The notes below the pieces were generated by a model. The model made no database searches. It was not told the DNA's origin and was given only the letters and a program-made list of their open reading frames with translations. From NCBI GenBank assembly GCA_963833095.1, contig CAWHWQ010000001.1, positions 768,001 to 832,000 on the forward strand: DNA of 64,000 nt, read 5' to 3'. The stretch comes from Vulcanimicrobiota bacterium. Lineage in GTDB: Bacteria; Vulcanimicrobiota; Vulcanimicrobiia; Vulcanimicrobiales; Vulcanimicrobiaceae. Of this stretch, positions 39,475-49,287 are shown piece by piece. The position numbers and the translations under genes were made by a program. The stretch's first letter is position 1. The number at the start of each line of letters is the position of its first letter.

Positions 39475-40513
39475 ACCCGTCCCGGGCGTGCGCGAGTATA
39501 CGTTTACGAGCGCCGCTGCGCGTGCCCGCCCGATTCGCCTGAGCGACGAAATCGTAGGGGCGGTTGCACCGAGACTCGATTTCGACTTTTATCAAGACGC
39601 CGCGACGGTAGCGAAGCTCACCGCTTTCGCCAAAAACGGACATCTGCTCTTCAGCGAAATGCTACGGATCAACGAGAATGCCGCGTTTGGCGCCGGTGAG
39701 ATACGCGACGAGACCTCGATTCCGTGGCCTACCGACGTTCCTCATTGCGAGCCGGACCCTTGTGGGCCCGTGCCCGTGCCTGCGGGCTTGTGGCGACGCG
39801 TCTCAATGGATATGTCGCATCTCACACCGGATTGGGCGCAGCGGTACACGATAGAGATCACACTCATCCCCTCGGACGACAGGGCCAGAACTATCCGGTT
39901 CGCGATTGCAACACGCGCGACTGCGTTGGCCCTCAAGAACCGGCTCGTCCCCGCTCTCACTCTAGATGGCGCTGCGATGAAGTACATGTCATCGAAGCCC
40001 CTCACCGGAATCGATTACACCTCGCTGCACGGATCGATCGCGCTTACAAAGGGTGCGCATCGCGTCGAATCGTTTCCGGCCTTCCCGATTCGGCCGGTAT
40101 CGGTCGTGTTCGAACCCGGAGCACCGCGCCGGTTCTCGATGGCTGACATTCGCAATGGATCGCAACGAATCGCAACCGAATATGAGGGAACGATCGATTC
40201 TCATGGCGGATTATTGGTCTTCAGTGAAGCGTACGATCCACGCTGGAGCATGGCCCTGGTCCCCCTCAGCTTCCGGGCAAGCGGCTCTGCCGTGCTCGAC
40301 TATTTGCGGGCAAAACCGTACCTGTTGCCCGCGGGCGATCACTATCGCGTCGACGACACGCTTAACGGCTGGTGGATACCGAGCGGTAAACAGCACGTGT
40401 TTATGATCATGACACTCGACCCGGTCTTGCAGCTATCGGCAATCGTATGGTTCCTTGCCACGGTTGCTTGGATCGCGGTAGTCGTGTTGCGTACGAGGCG
40501 CTTCGCGCAATGA
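39374..40513 (+). CDS. probable C-terminal continuation of the preceding GT-C protein (frameshift ~39370-39430)
   Basis: Overlaps the previous ORF by about 100 nt and has no signal peptide. Ends LVFSEAYDPRW...HYRVDDTLNGWWI plus TM, like the paralogue at 33908. Confidence 0.6.
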   Translation: MRSPVLTPQSRPANAAFPEDFRAQSPGYRIEQREPVPGVREYTFTSAAARARPIRLSDEIVGAVAPRLDFDFYQDAATVAKLTAFAKNGHLLFSEMLRINENAAFGAGEIRDETSIPWPTDVPHCEPDPCGPVPVPAGLWRRVSMDMSHLTPDWAQRYTIEITLIPSDDRARTIRFAIATRATALALKNRLVPALTLDGAAMKYMSSKPLTGIDYTSLHGSIALTKGAHRVESFPAFPIRPVSVVFEPGAPRRFSMADIRNGSQRIATEYEGTIDSHGGLLVFSEAYDPRWSMALVPLSFRASGSAVLDYLRAKPYLLPAGDHYRVDDTLNGWWIPSGKQHVFMIMTLDPVLQLSAIVWFLATVAWIAVVVLRTRRFAQ

Positions 40514-40884
40514 CGAGCGCTATGCGCGGGCTTCGCCCGGCTCTTGCACTCGCCGCTATGGCCGTGGGTGCATGGGTGGTTTCAGAACTGCCCGTTCTCA
40601 ACGGGCCCGAAATATGGCAGTTCGTCATGCTCATGGCGCTGCCGCTCATCGCGGCCGTCATGCTTGCTCCGCGAACGATTCGCTTCGCATTCCTAGCCGG
40701 CGCGTGCTATGCCGTCCTTGCCGGACTGCGTCGCCTCTGGGCCTCGGAAGGCAATGCTACGGCTGCTGAACAACTAAGCACGGCCGCGATCGTTGCGCTC
40801 TTGGTTCCGATCGTTTGGGAATTCTGGCGTTGGACCGGAGCACGCCTCGTGCGCGCCCTCGCTAAGAGGTTGTACTCAAAATAA
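40510..40884 (+). CDS. small membrane protein (about 4 TM)
   Basis: Hydrophobic ORF with ATGA coupling to the upstream gene. Confidence 0.65.
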   Translation: MTSAMRGLRPALALAAMAVGAWVVSELPVLNGPEIWQFVMLMALPLIAAVMLAPRTIRFAFLAGACYAVLAGLRRLWASEGNATAAEQLSTAAIVALLVPIVWEFWRWTGARLVRALAKRLYSK

Positions 40885-40886
40885 CC

Positions 40887-41906
40887 GTGTCGGACTTACC
40901 AAGATTCTCGTTTATTGTCCCGGTTCGAAATGAAAGCCGCCGAATCGATGCGTGTTTGCGGTCGATTCGATCGCAAAATTATCCGCAAGAGCTCGTCGAC
41001 ATCATCCTGCCGGATCAGGCGTCGGAAGACGATACGCGCGAGCGAGCAGCGCGTTACGACGTGCTGATAATGCGCAATCCCGCGCAGCGGGCGATCCACA
41101 GCTTGCCGGCTGCGTTCGGCGAGGCCAAGGGCGACCTAATCGCGGGCATCGCTGCCGACAATCCCGTGCATCCGGAATACTGCAACCGCATGGCTGCGGC
41201 GTTTAGCGACGCACGCGTTAGTTATGCTCTCCCATACGTTACCTGCAACAACGCCGACTATCCGCTCGCAGTTCGCTACATCAATCGCTTTACCGATCCA
41301 TTTAACCATTTTGTATACGGCGACGCGTCGAATCCACGCGACCTCCCACGCGTCTACGCGCCGGTCGCGCGCGGCGACGGGTTTTCGCTGTACAGCTTTC
41401 CGCCAGAGTTTCCACCGCTTTTAGCGTTTGCTCAAGGCGCGGTGTTGCGTGGGCCTTTTCAAATGCAAGAGGGGTATGCCGACGATGTCGCCATCATCTT
41501 TCAGCTCTTGGAATCCGGTAGTCTGGTTGCTATAGTAGAAGCACCGCTGGTCGATCATTACACGGCGACGAGTCTCGGCGATGTTATGCGAAAGTTCCGG
41601 GGAATAATCGCGAAAAACCTCAAGAAGACGTCGTCGTTGCGTTGGCGCGACCAATACGTGCCGGAAGTTCGCATTGCTCGCCGGCGTTTGTGGCCTTTGT
41701 ATGCAGCAAGTGTTGTTGCGCCGTGCGCCGTCGGACTCTACCGCGCAATTCGCGATCAGGACCGCCTATGGCTCTATCATCCGGTAATGACGCTCGCCTT
41801 TGCCTGGATAGCGGCGAGTGAGGCGACGCGCAATCTGCCGGATGCAATCGATCTAATATTACGCGGCCGCAACCGGCTTGATTCTTCGAAAACGTCAAAA
41901 GAATAA
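40887..41906 (+). CDS. GT2 family glycosyltransferase
   Basis: FSFIVPVRNE, CLRSIRSQNYP, SEDDT; the DXD position is degenerate (AADN). Confidence 0.8.
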   Translation: MSDLPRFSFIVPVRNESRRIDACLRSIRSQNYPQELVDIILPDQASEDDTRERAARYDVLIMRNPAQRAIHSLPAAFGEAKGDLIAGIAADNPVHPEYCNRMAAAFSDARVSYALPYVTCNNADYPLAVRYINRFTDPFNHFVYGDASNPRDLPRVYAPVARGDGFSLYSFPPEFPPLLAFAQGAVLRGPFQMQEGYADDVAIIFQLLESGSLVAIVEAPLVDHYTATSLGDVMRKFRGIIAKNLKKTSSLRWRDQYVPEVRIARRRLWPLYAASVVAPCAVGLYRAIRDQDRLWLYHPVMTLAFAWIAASEATRNLPDAIDLILRGRNRLDSSKTSKE

Positions 41907-41912
41907 GCCTAA

Positions 41913-43019
41913 ATGAACATCCTATGGATGAACTGGCGCGACATCAAACACCCGCGAAAGGGTGGCGCCGAAGTTCTCACCTTCGGTATTTTCAAGAGGC
42001 TTGTCCAACGAGGACACCGCGTGACGTGGTTCACCGGTGCTTTTCCGGGCGGAGAAGATAACGAGGTCATCGACGGCGTCAGTATCGTTCGCCGAGGCAC
42101 CGCACTCACGGTACGTGCACATGCGTACACCTATTATCGCAAGGCAAGCGATCTCGACGTTGTCGTCGACGAGGTAAACACACTCCCGTTCATGACGCCG
42201 GTGTATTCGCACACGCCCGTCGTAGCGTGTATTCACCAACTCGCGCGCGAGATCTGGTTTTACGAAGCGTCGCCCGGTGTCGCACAGATTGGGTACGCAA
42301 TGGAGCCGCTGTACCTTCGTCCTTATCGACAGGTACCAACATTAACGCTGTCGGCGTCATCCGAAGAGTCGCTCCGCAAAGAGATGGGCTTCACGGGCAG
42401 AATCGGCATCATGCCGCTAGCGATCGACCAATACCCCGCACCGACGCCACTTTCACTCCCGGAGCGCGACGACACGATCGTTTCCCTAGGACGTGTGACG
42501 CGCTCGAAACGGCTCGACCAGCAGATCCACGCGCTAGCGTTGCTACGTACACCACCATACGACCGCCTTCGCCTCCAGATCATCGGCGGCGGCACGAGCG
42601 ACATGCGCGAATCACTGCGCGCCCTCGCGCAACGCCTCGGCGTCGAAGGTCGCGTCGAATGGCCCGGCTTCGTAAGCGAAACGGAAAAGCGCCGCTTGCT
42701 AGCAACGGCCAAGCTGCTTGTGATGACCTCGGTGCGCGAGGGTTGGGGACTCGCCGTAAGTGAGGCCAACCTTGCGGGCACACCGGCCGTCGGCTATGGC
42801 ATTTTGGGACTAAAGGACTCCATTAAGAACGGCTTAACCGGCCTTTTGACCGAGGAATCACCATCCGCACTCGCGCAAGGAGTCCAGACCATGCTCGATG
42901 ATGACATGCGCTATTCGCGCATAGCGCTGGCCGCTCAAGATGATGCGCGGACACTGACGTGGGAGGGCACGACCTCCTTTGTCGAGCGATTTCTCCGAGA
43001 CAGCACGGACGGCCGGTGA
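41913..43019 (+). CDS. GT4 family glycosyltransferase
   Basis: WRDIKHPRKGGAE, LGRVTRSKRLD, SVREGWGLAVSEA (EX7E). Confidence 0.9.
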   Translation: MNILWMNWRDIKHPRKGGAEVLTFGIFKRLVQRGHRVTWFTGAFPGGEDNEVIDGVSIVRRGTALTVRAHAYTYYRKASDLDVVVDEVNTLPFMTPVYSHTPVVACIHQLAREIWFYEASPGVAQIGYAMEPLYLRPYRQVPTLTLSASSEESLRKEMGFTGRIGIMPLAIDQYPAPTPLSLPERDDTIVSLGRVTRSKRLDQQIHALALLRTPPYDRLRLQIIGGGTSDMRESLRALAQRLGVEGRVEWPGFVSETEKRRLLATAKLLVMTSVREGWGLAVSEANLAGTPAVGYGILGLKDSIKNGLTGLLTEESPSALAQGVQTMLDDDMRYSRIALAAQDDARTLTWEGTTSFVERFLRDSTDGR

Positions 43020-43861
43020 TGAGTGAGCGTGGCGTTCTAGCACGCCCCAAGCTTTCGGTCGTGATGCCCGCATATAACGAGGCGTCGCACATCGTCGAGA
43101 ATATGCTCGAGACGATCGAAACCTTGTCGGAGTTCTGCCCAAGCTTCGAAATTGTTGTCGTCGATGACGGCAGCCCGGATGGCACATATCTTCCCGCGAT
43201 CCGCGCACTCGCCGAACTCGACGAAAACATACGCGTCGTGCGCTACCAGCGCAACGAAGGCAAAGGCAACGCTCTGATCTGCGGCTTCAATCACTCGAGC
43301 GGAGAGATCATCGCATTCCTTGACGCCGACATGGATCTCCACCCGGCGCAAATTCGCGGGATGCTCGAGATCATGGACTCCCGAAGCGCCGACGTCGTGA
43401 TCGGCAGCAAGTGGCATCGCGATTCGCGTATCAATTATCCGTTCGTTCGCAGGCTGTGGAGCATCGGTTACTACATGCTCGTGCGCTTGCTCTTTGGTCT
43501 GCCGTTGCGCGACACGCAAACCGGTCTCAAGCTCTTTCGGGCGGAAGTTCTGCGCCGCGTCTTTCCGCGGATCTTGGCTAAGCGCTATGCCTTTGACGTT
43601 GAAGTTCTGGTGAACGCGCACCGCTTAGGCTACAAGATTGCAGACGCCCCGGTCACGTTGCAGTTCACGCGCAGCTCCGGCCGCGTTGCACTCGGGGACG
43701 TCTGGACGGTCTTCTTGGATACACTCGCGATCTTCTATCGCGCTCGCCTAATTAAGTATTACGACACCATGGATCCGGTTTCGCGCGACTATCTCAATCT
43801 CGAGGTTCACGTTGGCAGCAAATCGGTCGAATCCGCGACGGAGACTATCCCGACTCGATGA
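43019..43861 (+). CDS. GT2 glycosyltransferase (polyprenol-phosphate sugar synthase-like)
   Basis: Motifs VVMPAYNE, VDDGSPDGT, NEGKG, FLDADMD, DTQTGLKLF, FDVEVL. Confidence 0.88.
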   Translation: MSERGVLARPKLSVVMPAYNEASHIVENMLETIETLSEFCPSFEIVVVDDGSPDGTYLPAIRALAELDENIRVVRYQRNEGKGNALICGFNHSSGEIIAFLDADMDLHPAQIRGMLEIMDSRSADVVIGSKWHRDSRINYPFVRRLWSIGYYMLVRLLFGLPLRDTQTGLKLFRAEVLRRVFPRILAKRYAFDVEVLVNAHRLGYKIADAPVTLQFTRSSGRVALGDVWTVFLDTLAIFYRARLIKYYDTMDPVSRDYLNLEVHVGSKSVESATETIPTR

Positions 43862-45294
43862 AGCCCCGCGTGTTTATTCTCGGTCTCGACGGCGCAGACG
43901 ACTCGAGCGTCGGCGCGGCGCTCTCAAAAGGGAAAATGCCGAACCTCCAGCGCTTGATTAAGAACACGCTGGTTCCCCTACGCTCCACGCCGCTCCCGAT
44001 CACCCCGGCGGCATGGACGTCAGCCTACACCGGCTACAATCCGGGTAAAACGGGCGTGTTGACCTTTCAGCGCCGCGTACCCAACACATATCGCGGGCGC
44101 ATCGTCAATTCGGCCGATGTTGGCGACAGTGGATTCCATACACGCCTCGCCGCTGCTGGAAAGACCGTCGTCAGCGTTGGTTTTCCGATGATGTCGCCAC
44201 CACCGCAGGTTACCGGTTCGGTGATCGTCTCCGGGTGGGATGCACCGCCCTCTGCTCCACTCGCGAATACCGCGCGGGCTGCATCGATCATTGCGAGCCT
44301 TGGATATCGCATCGACGACGAGTTTTCCAGCGATGCCGCCATCCTCGACAGCGGTATAGTCACGCGCTTTTCAATTATCCGCGAGCTAATGAAGGATGCC
44401 GATTGGGATTGCGCGATGCTTTACCTAGGGTTCATTGACGGATTAGGGCATCGTTTGGGTTATGGAAATCAGCCTACGCAAGTATTGCTCGAACGGACCG
44501 ATGCGGAGCTTGGAACGCTGGCCGCTACGCTGCCTGACAATACTTCGTTTATCGTCTGCTCGGACCACGGCTTCGGCTCGTTCGAACGTAGTTTTTCCGT
44601 GACGCAGTGGCTCGAGGAAAAAGGCTACCTCGTGTTGCGCTCACGAGCGTTCCGGAACAGTGCATCGGGGGGGATTCCGGGCATCGAATTTATGGATTTG
44701 AGTGACGGCGTGATCGATTGGTCGAAAACGCGCGCCTTCTGTTGGGATGCCGTCGGGCGCCATGCGGCAATCGCCTTGAATACGCGGGGGCAATATCCCG
44801 CCGGCATCGTCGATCCGCGCGAGGCCTTTGGACTTGCCGGCACAATCATCGATGAGCTGCGCGCAACCAGGGATGCGGGGAAGCCCGTCGTTACCGATGC
44901 GCAGCGTCGAGAGCAACTGTTCTGGGGCCCCTACACCAACGAGTTCCCCGAGATTTTTCTGGAGACGGCTCCCGACATCACGGCGTATATTGCCAAGCGC
45001 CGGCGCACCGAAGATGGATTCGAAATCGAGCCGGGTATCGTGCATGCCGGCACGTTCAACTCCCATCAGGATGATGGGCTATGGGGTTCGTCCTTTACGA
45101 CCGAGGGCACTGGGCTGCGCGTCGAGGATCTCGCGACCACCATCTACGCACTGCTCGATGTACCGATTCCCCCCGACGCTGATGGTATCAATCGCTCGCC
45201 AAGTAAGACAGTTGTGGCTGCCGGCGCCCCGGCATATTCTGCCGAGGAAGAGGCAATCGTTCGGAAACGGCTCGAGGATCTAGGTTATCTCTGA
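43858..45294 (+). CDS. alkaline-phosphatase superfamily (phosphodiesterase/NPP-type) protein
   Basis: GLDGA, STPLPITPAAWTS, TGYNPGKTG, SDHGF, C-terminal RLEDLGYL. Confidence 0.82.
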   Translation: MKPRVFILGLDGADDSSVGAALSKGKMPNLQRLIKNTLVPLRSTPLPITPAAWTSAYTGYNPGKTGVLTFQRRVPNTYRGRIVNSADVGDSGFHTRLAAAGKTVVSVGFPMMSPPPQVTGSVIVSGWDAPPSAPLANTARAASIIASLGYRIDDEFSSDAAILDSGIVTRFSIIRELMKDADWDCAMLYLGFIDGLGHRLGYGNQPTQVLLERTDAELGTLAATLPDNTSFIVCSDHGFGSFERSFSVTQWLEEKGYLVLRSRAFRNSASGGIPGIEFMDLSDGVIDWSKTRAFCWDAVGRHAAIALNTRGQYPAGIVDPREAFGLAGTIIDELRATRDAGKPVVTDAQRREQLFWGPYTNEFPEIFLETAPDITAYIAKRRRTEDGFEIEPGIVHAGTFNSHQDDGLWGSSFTTEGTGLRVEDLATTIYALLDVPIPPDADGINRSPSKTVVAAGAPAYSAEEEAIVRKRLEDLGYL

Positions 45295-45299
45295 TCGTC

Positions 45300-46061
45300 T
45301 TATTCGACGACGAAATAGCTCGGCTGTCCCGAAAACTGCGGAGATCTCTTGATGCGAATTGAGTTGAGCGGATAGACCTCTCGCAGTGCGATCGTTTCAC
45401 CGGGAGATTTGAAGAAGCCAAGCTCATCGAATGCAAGCACGCTGCCCTTTGTAAGGTACGGCTTCAATAATTCCAAACAGGCTTTCGTAGGCTCATAAAG
45501 ATCGAAATCAAAGTATGCGAGCGCGACGATAGTTTCAGGATGTTCGTCGAGATATTGCTTGAGCTGCTCGCTTCCTTCGCCTCGGCGTATTTCGAAGCGT
45601 TTGAGTTCAGGCAAAGGGTCCAACTGCTGCCGGAGCGACATGATTTCAGAGATTTGTGAATAGTAATCTGGAGCAGTCGTCAAACCTCCAACCACAAGCA
45701 TGGGGTCCGTACCGTCTTTTTCATCGATTGATGGGAAGCCCTCAAAGGTATCGAAGCCGATGATCTTTCGGGAAATGTTGAACGGCTCGTAGATCGTGCG
45801 CAGGCTGTCGAAAATCGCAAGATCTCGCCCCCATCGGACGCCAAATTGGATGATGATGCCGTGAACCGGCAGCGCCTCGCAGTAAAGGTGATTCAAGAAC
45901 ATCAGCCGTTTCAGCGAACGCGGAGGCATAAAAAGCCCCAGGTTTTGACACAGCTCCGCGTTCGGAATAGGAGCATTACGCGCAATTTCAGACAGTTGCG
46001 TTTCCGCATCTTGATTTCTAGCGGCTACTATTCGCTCAGACGTGCGAATCGTGTCTGACAT
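45300..46061 (-). CDS. TylF/MycF-like sugar O-methyltransferase
   Basis: Motifs QFGVRWG, GFDTFEGFP, YFDFDLYEPT, AFDEL, PGET. Confidence 0.75.
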   Translation of the reverse strand: MSDTIRTSERIVAARNQDAETQLSEIARNAPIPNAELCQNLGLFMPPRSLKRLMFLNHLYCEALPVHGIIIQFGVRWGRDLAIFDSLRTIYEPFNISRKIIGFDTFEGFPSIDEKDGTDPMLVVGGLTTAPDYYSQISEIMSLRQQLDPLPELKRFEIRRGEGSEQLKQYLDEHPETIVALAYFDFDLYEPTKACLELLKPYLTKGSVLAFDELGFFKSPGETIALREVYPLNSIRIKRSPQFSGQPSYFVVE

Positions 46062-46093
46062 TTGCTTACCCAATCCTTAGACGCACATGCAGA

Positions 46094-47467
46094 TCAGCGA
46101 GCATGCGCTGGAACCGCAACTCCCGCCGCGTTCATGAAACGTGAGGCCATATCGAGAATGTCCCAATCTTCGATCAAACCGCGCCCCTGCTCGCGGGCGA
46201 GCGCCTCGATGAATATCCCGTGCTGAGCGTGATTCGCATCGTCGGGACCGGTATCGTTTTCGTACGTATAGATACCGTCGTAGCCGACCGTTCCCACGGC
46301 GCGCCAGAGCAGATCATCGAAATAGACCATGAGATCGGGCGCGACACCGCGCACCGTTCGATAGATCTCCTCCGGACGGAAGATCTGCGTCGCCATCGGC
46401 GATCCGTCGGGCCGCGGAATTGTTCGGATCTTCTGCGAGAGCTCGGCGATGAACGACTCAACTTCGGAGGGCGCAATAGTCCCTTGCGGTTCGCGCCCCG
46501 CGATGTTTAGGAAAACGCGTGAATAGTATCCGCCTTCAGCCCACACCGAGGTCCTCGCCCAATCGATTTCGAGCTTGTTGAGCGGCGTGATCCGGTCAGG
46601 ATAGTTTTTGACAGCGAGATAGCCCTCCTGAATGAGCCACTGCGCAATCGCCACGCCGCCGTCCATTCGCTTCGCTCCGTGGTCGGAAACGACGTAGATA
46701 TTCGTGTGAGCCTGGTCGACCTTCTCGAGCAATTGCGCGAGCATGACGTCGAGATCCTCATAGTATTTTTGGATGGCTCCTTCGAAACGATTCCCCGCTT
46801 CGTACGCGCGGTGCTTCGGGTCGAAGAATTTCCAGAATCCATGATGCAAGCGGTCGGTACCGATCTCGACGAACATAAAGAAGTCCCACGGCTTCTTCTC
46901 AATCCAGTCGTTAAGGACCGCGAAGCGCCGCTCGGTCATGTCGTAAATTTGCCGGAGAAGGTCGTCCTTGTCTTCGGTTCTGAAGTTCATGCAATCGGTA
47001 AGGTATTCACGCCCGTGCAGTAACTGCGCGATCTCTTCGCGCGCGTTCAGAGGGTACGTGTAGTCGCTTTTCGCGCTCGGCGTCAGGAAGCAGCCGACTT
47101 GGATGCCGTTGACCGGCTTCGGCGGAAATGACGGCGGCACGCCCACCGTAATTACATTTTTTCCGGCGCGGCTGAGATGATCCCATACCGCCGGCTCCCT
47201 GACCGATAGCGAGGTCGTTAGCGCGAGCCCCGAGTACGTGTGGTCTGTACGATTCCGAAAACCGTAGATCCCGAGTTCTCCCGGGTCCTTGCCGGTGACC
47301 ATGCAGGCCCAGGCGGGGATCGTGATCGCCGGCATGACCGTTTGGAGACGGCCGTAGGAGCCGCGCGCCATAAGGCCGCGCAGCGTCGGTAATTGCCAGT
47401 CGGTTCGTTCAAAGATCAACTCGCCTGCCGCGCAGTCGAGTCCAATAACAAGTAGGCGGGGATCCAC
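46094..47467 (-). CDS. alkaline-phosphatase superfamily (phosphodiesterase/NPP-type) protein
   Basis: IGLDCA, PAITIPAW, TGKDPGELGIYGFRNR, GTDRLHH, VSDHG, NDTGPDDANH. GTG start at 47467. Confidence 0.85.
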   Translation of the reverse strand: MDPRLLVIGLDCAAGELIFERTDWQLPTLRGLMARGSYGRLQTVMPAITIPAWACMVTGKDPGELGIYGFRNRTDHTYSGLALTTSLSVREPAVWDHLSRAGKNVITVGVPPSFPPKPVNGIQVGCFLTPSAKSDYTYPLNAREEIAQLLHGREYLTDCMNFRTEDKDDLLRQIYDMTERRFAVLNDWIEKKPWDFFMFVEIGTDRLHHGFWKFFDPKHRAYEAGNRFEGAIQKYYEDLDVMLAQLLEKVDQAHTNIYVVSDHGAKRMDGGVAIAQWLIQEGYLAVKNYPDRITPLNKLEIDWARTSVWAEGGYYSRVFLNIAGREPQGTIAPSEVESFIAELSQKIRTIPRPDGSPMATQIFRPEEIYRTVRGVAPDLMVYFDDLLWRAVGTVGYDGIYTYENDTGPDDANHAQHGIFIEALAREQGRGLIEDWDILDMASRFMNAAGVAVPAHAR

Positions 47468-47576
47468 GCTTGAAAGATTCTCCTTAACTGTCAAGCGTCT
47501 TCGACTCAAGCGGTTCGTTTCGCCTTCTCCGCGTTCCGAGGGCTTGCGCGAGAAAGCAGCTAATGAACCGGCCGAT

Positions 47577-48593
47577 ATGGTAGCCATCGAGGAACTTTCA
47601 GCTTCAGACGCGCGGTGGGTTAGCTTTTGCGCGCAGACCTCGGACACGACACTATTCCAATCGCCCGAGTGGTCGGAGACTATTCGCGAGACGTACGACT
47701 TTTCTCTTAGAGTCCTTCTTGCCAGGCAGAACGAGACGGTTGTTGGCGGCCTGCCCTTCGCGCACATTGAAGACTTTCGCGGCACACGGCGCGTGGCGCT
47801 TGCATTCGCCGACAACATCGAGCCGCTGCCTGCGAACCTCTGGCCTGAGTTCGAACGGTATCTTGCGGCAGACAGCTTGCCCTGGGCGATCCGCACGCTT
47901 TGCAAACCCTCCGACGCCTCGCATTCCAGCAAGGTCGTCGCGCAGCATCACGCGGTCCACTTACCTGCAACGTTTGCCGAAGCAGAAGCGGCCTTTAACA
48001 TCAAACACAAACAGAAATGGCGGCAATCCATGCGTGCCGGCGTCACGCATCGAGTCGATACGTCACTCGACGGCCTGCGGGTTTTCTACGAGCTGCACGC
48101 CGAAACGCGAAAATTCAAACACGGGCTGATGCCGCAGCCGCTCGCATTCTTTGAGACGATCCACCGCCGCTTCTTCCCCGAAAATGGGTTCCTCCTGATC
48201 GCCGAGCACGAGGGATCACCGATCGCCGCGATGTTTTTTCTCTCGTACGGCTCGACGATTTATTATAAGTTCAGCGCGTCGTCGCTGTCTTCGCTCTCGC
48301 TACGGCCTAATAATCTCTTGATTTCCAAGGTTATCGAGATGGCGATCGAGCGCGGATGCAAAAAATTGGACCTCGGTATCTCAGATACCGAGGGGCTCAT
48401 CGGTTTCAAGGAACGTATCGGCGGCCGCGCATCAGACGTGTACCATGCGATCTATAACCCGCGCGAAAAGACCCCCGCGGTTACCGAGGTCGAACGTGCC
48501 TTCGGCGAGATTACAACGCTGCTGACGGCGGAAAACGCGCCGCTAGCCTACGCGAAGCGAGGTGGCGAGATTCTCTATCGATTCTTTACGTAG
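47577..48593 (+). CDS. GNAT/FemAB-like N-acyltransferase
   Basis: TLFQSPEW, IYYKFSAS, LRPNNLL, LDLGISDTEGLIGFKERIG; duplicated GNAT pattern. Confidence 0.75.
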   Translation: MVAIEELSASDARWVSFCAQTSDTTLFQSPEWSETIRETYDFSLRVLLARQNETVVGGLPFAHIEDFRGTRRVALAFADNIEPLPANLWPEFERYLAADSLPWAIRTLCKPSDASHSSKVVAQHHAVHLPATFAEAEAAFNIKHKQKWRQSMRAGVTHRVDTSLDGLRVFYELHAETRKFKHGLMPQPLAFFETIHRRFFPENGFLLIAEHEGSPIAAMFFLSYGSTIYYKFSASSLSSLSLRPNNLLISKVIEMAIERGCKKLDLGISDTEGLIGFKERIGGRASDVYHAIYNPREKTPAVTEVERAFGEITTLLTAENAPLAYAKRGGEILYRFFT

Positions 48594-48594
48594 A

Positions 48595-49287
48595 TTAGAA
48601 GGTGCGTGCGCCTGGATCTTGCGGCGAAGCGGGCCATGCAACCGGCGGGGGCGCGAACGGTAGCGGCTTAGGTTTGTCATACACGAAAAGCGTGAATTCC
48701 CACGGATAATACGAGTGACGAATCTCGCTGAAGCGCGAGAGTTCCCTCTGCGCAAAATCAAAAACTCGTCCCGGTTCCTGATAATATCCCAGCTCGCGCT
48801 TGAAATCGACATAGCTTGTCAAAAAGTTGCTCGCGATGCCTCTTTGAGCTATTCCGAACGCCGCCCTGAGCATCGCCTTAACGAACGTGAACCACCTCTC
48901 GTCGTCGTTCGACATGCGAAGGTTGAACAAACCGGAAATCACCACGTAGTCGTAGCGCAGCTCCGGCGGGTTAACCAGAATATCGCGCTGCTCAACTTTC
49001 GCAGCCGCGTTTCGCGCCTTGGCTCTGTCGACCATTTCCGGCATTAGGTCGCTGCCACTGTACGTTGCTAGCGGATAGTGTTCGGAAAGAAACTCTCCCA
49101 GAGTCGCAAAGCCGCAGCCGACCTCGTACACCGAGAATGGGGCCGTTTCGTGCGCGAAAACTTGTGACACGGCTGCAAAATTCCGTCGAGCAACATCCTG
49201 ATCACGCCACGAACAGGCTCGCGCCGGATCGGCGTATTGTTCGATTTGACGCCGATAGTGCTCTTTGATTGGCTCGAGGTTAGTCAT
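48595..49287 (-). CDS. class I SAM-dependent methyltransferase
   Basis: VYEVGCGFA, YSGSDL, YDYVVISGLFN. Start overlaps the oxidoreductase stop. Confidence 0.82.
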   Translation of the reverse strand: MTNLEPIKEHYRRQIEQYADPARACSWRDQDVARRNFAAVSQVFAHETAPFSVYEVGCGFATLGEFLSEHYPLATYSGSDLMPEMVDRAKARNAAAKVEQRDILVNPPELRYDYVVISGLFNLRMSNDDERWFTFVKAMLRAAFGIAQRGIASNFLTSYVDFKRELGYYQEPGRVFDFAQRELSRFSEIRHSYYPWEFTLFVYDKPKPLPFAPPPVAWPASPQDPGARTF

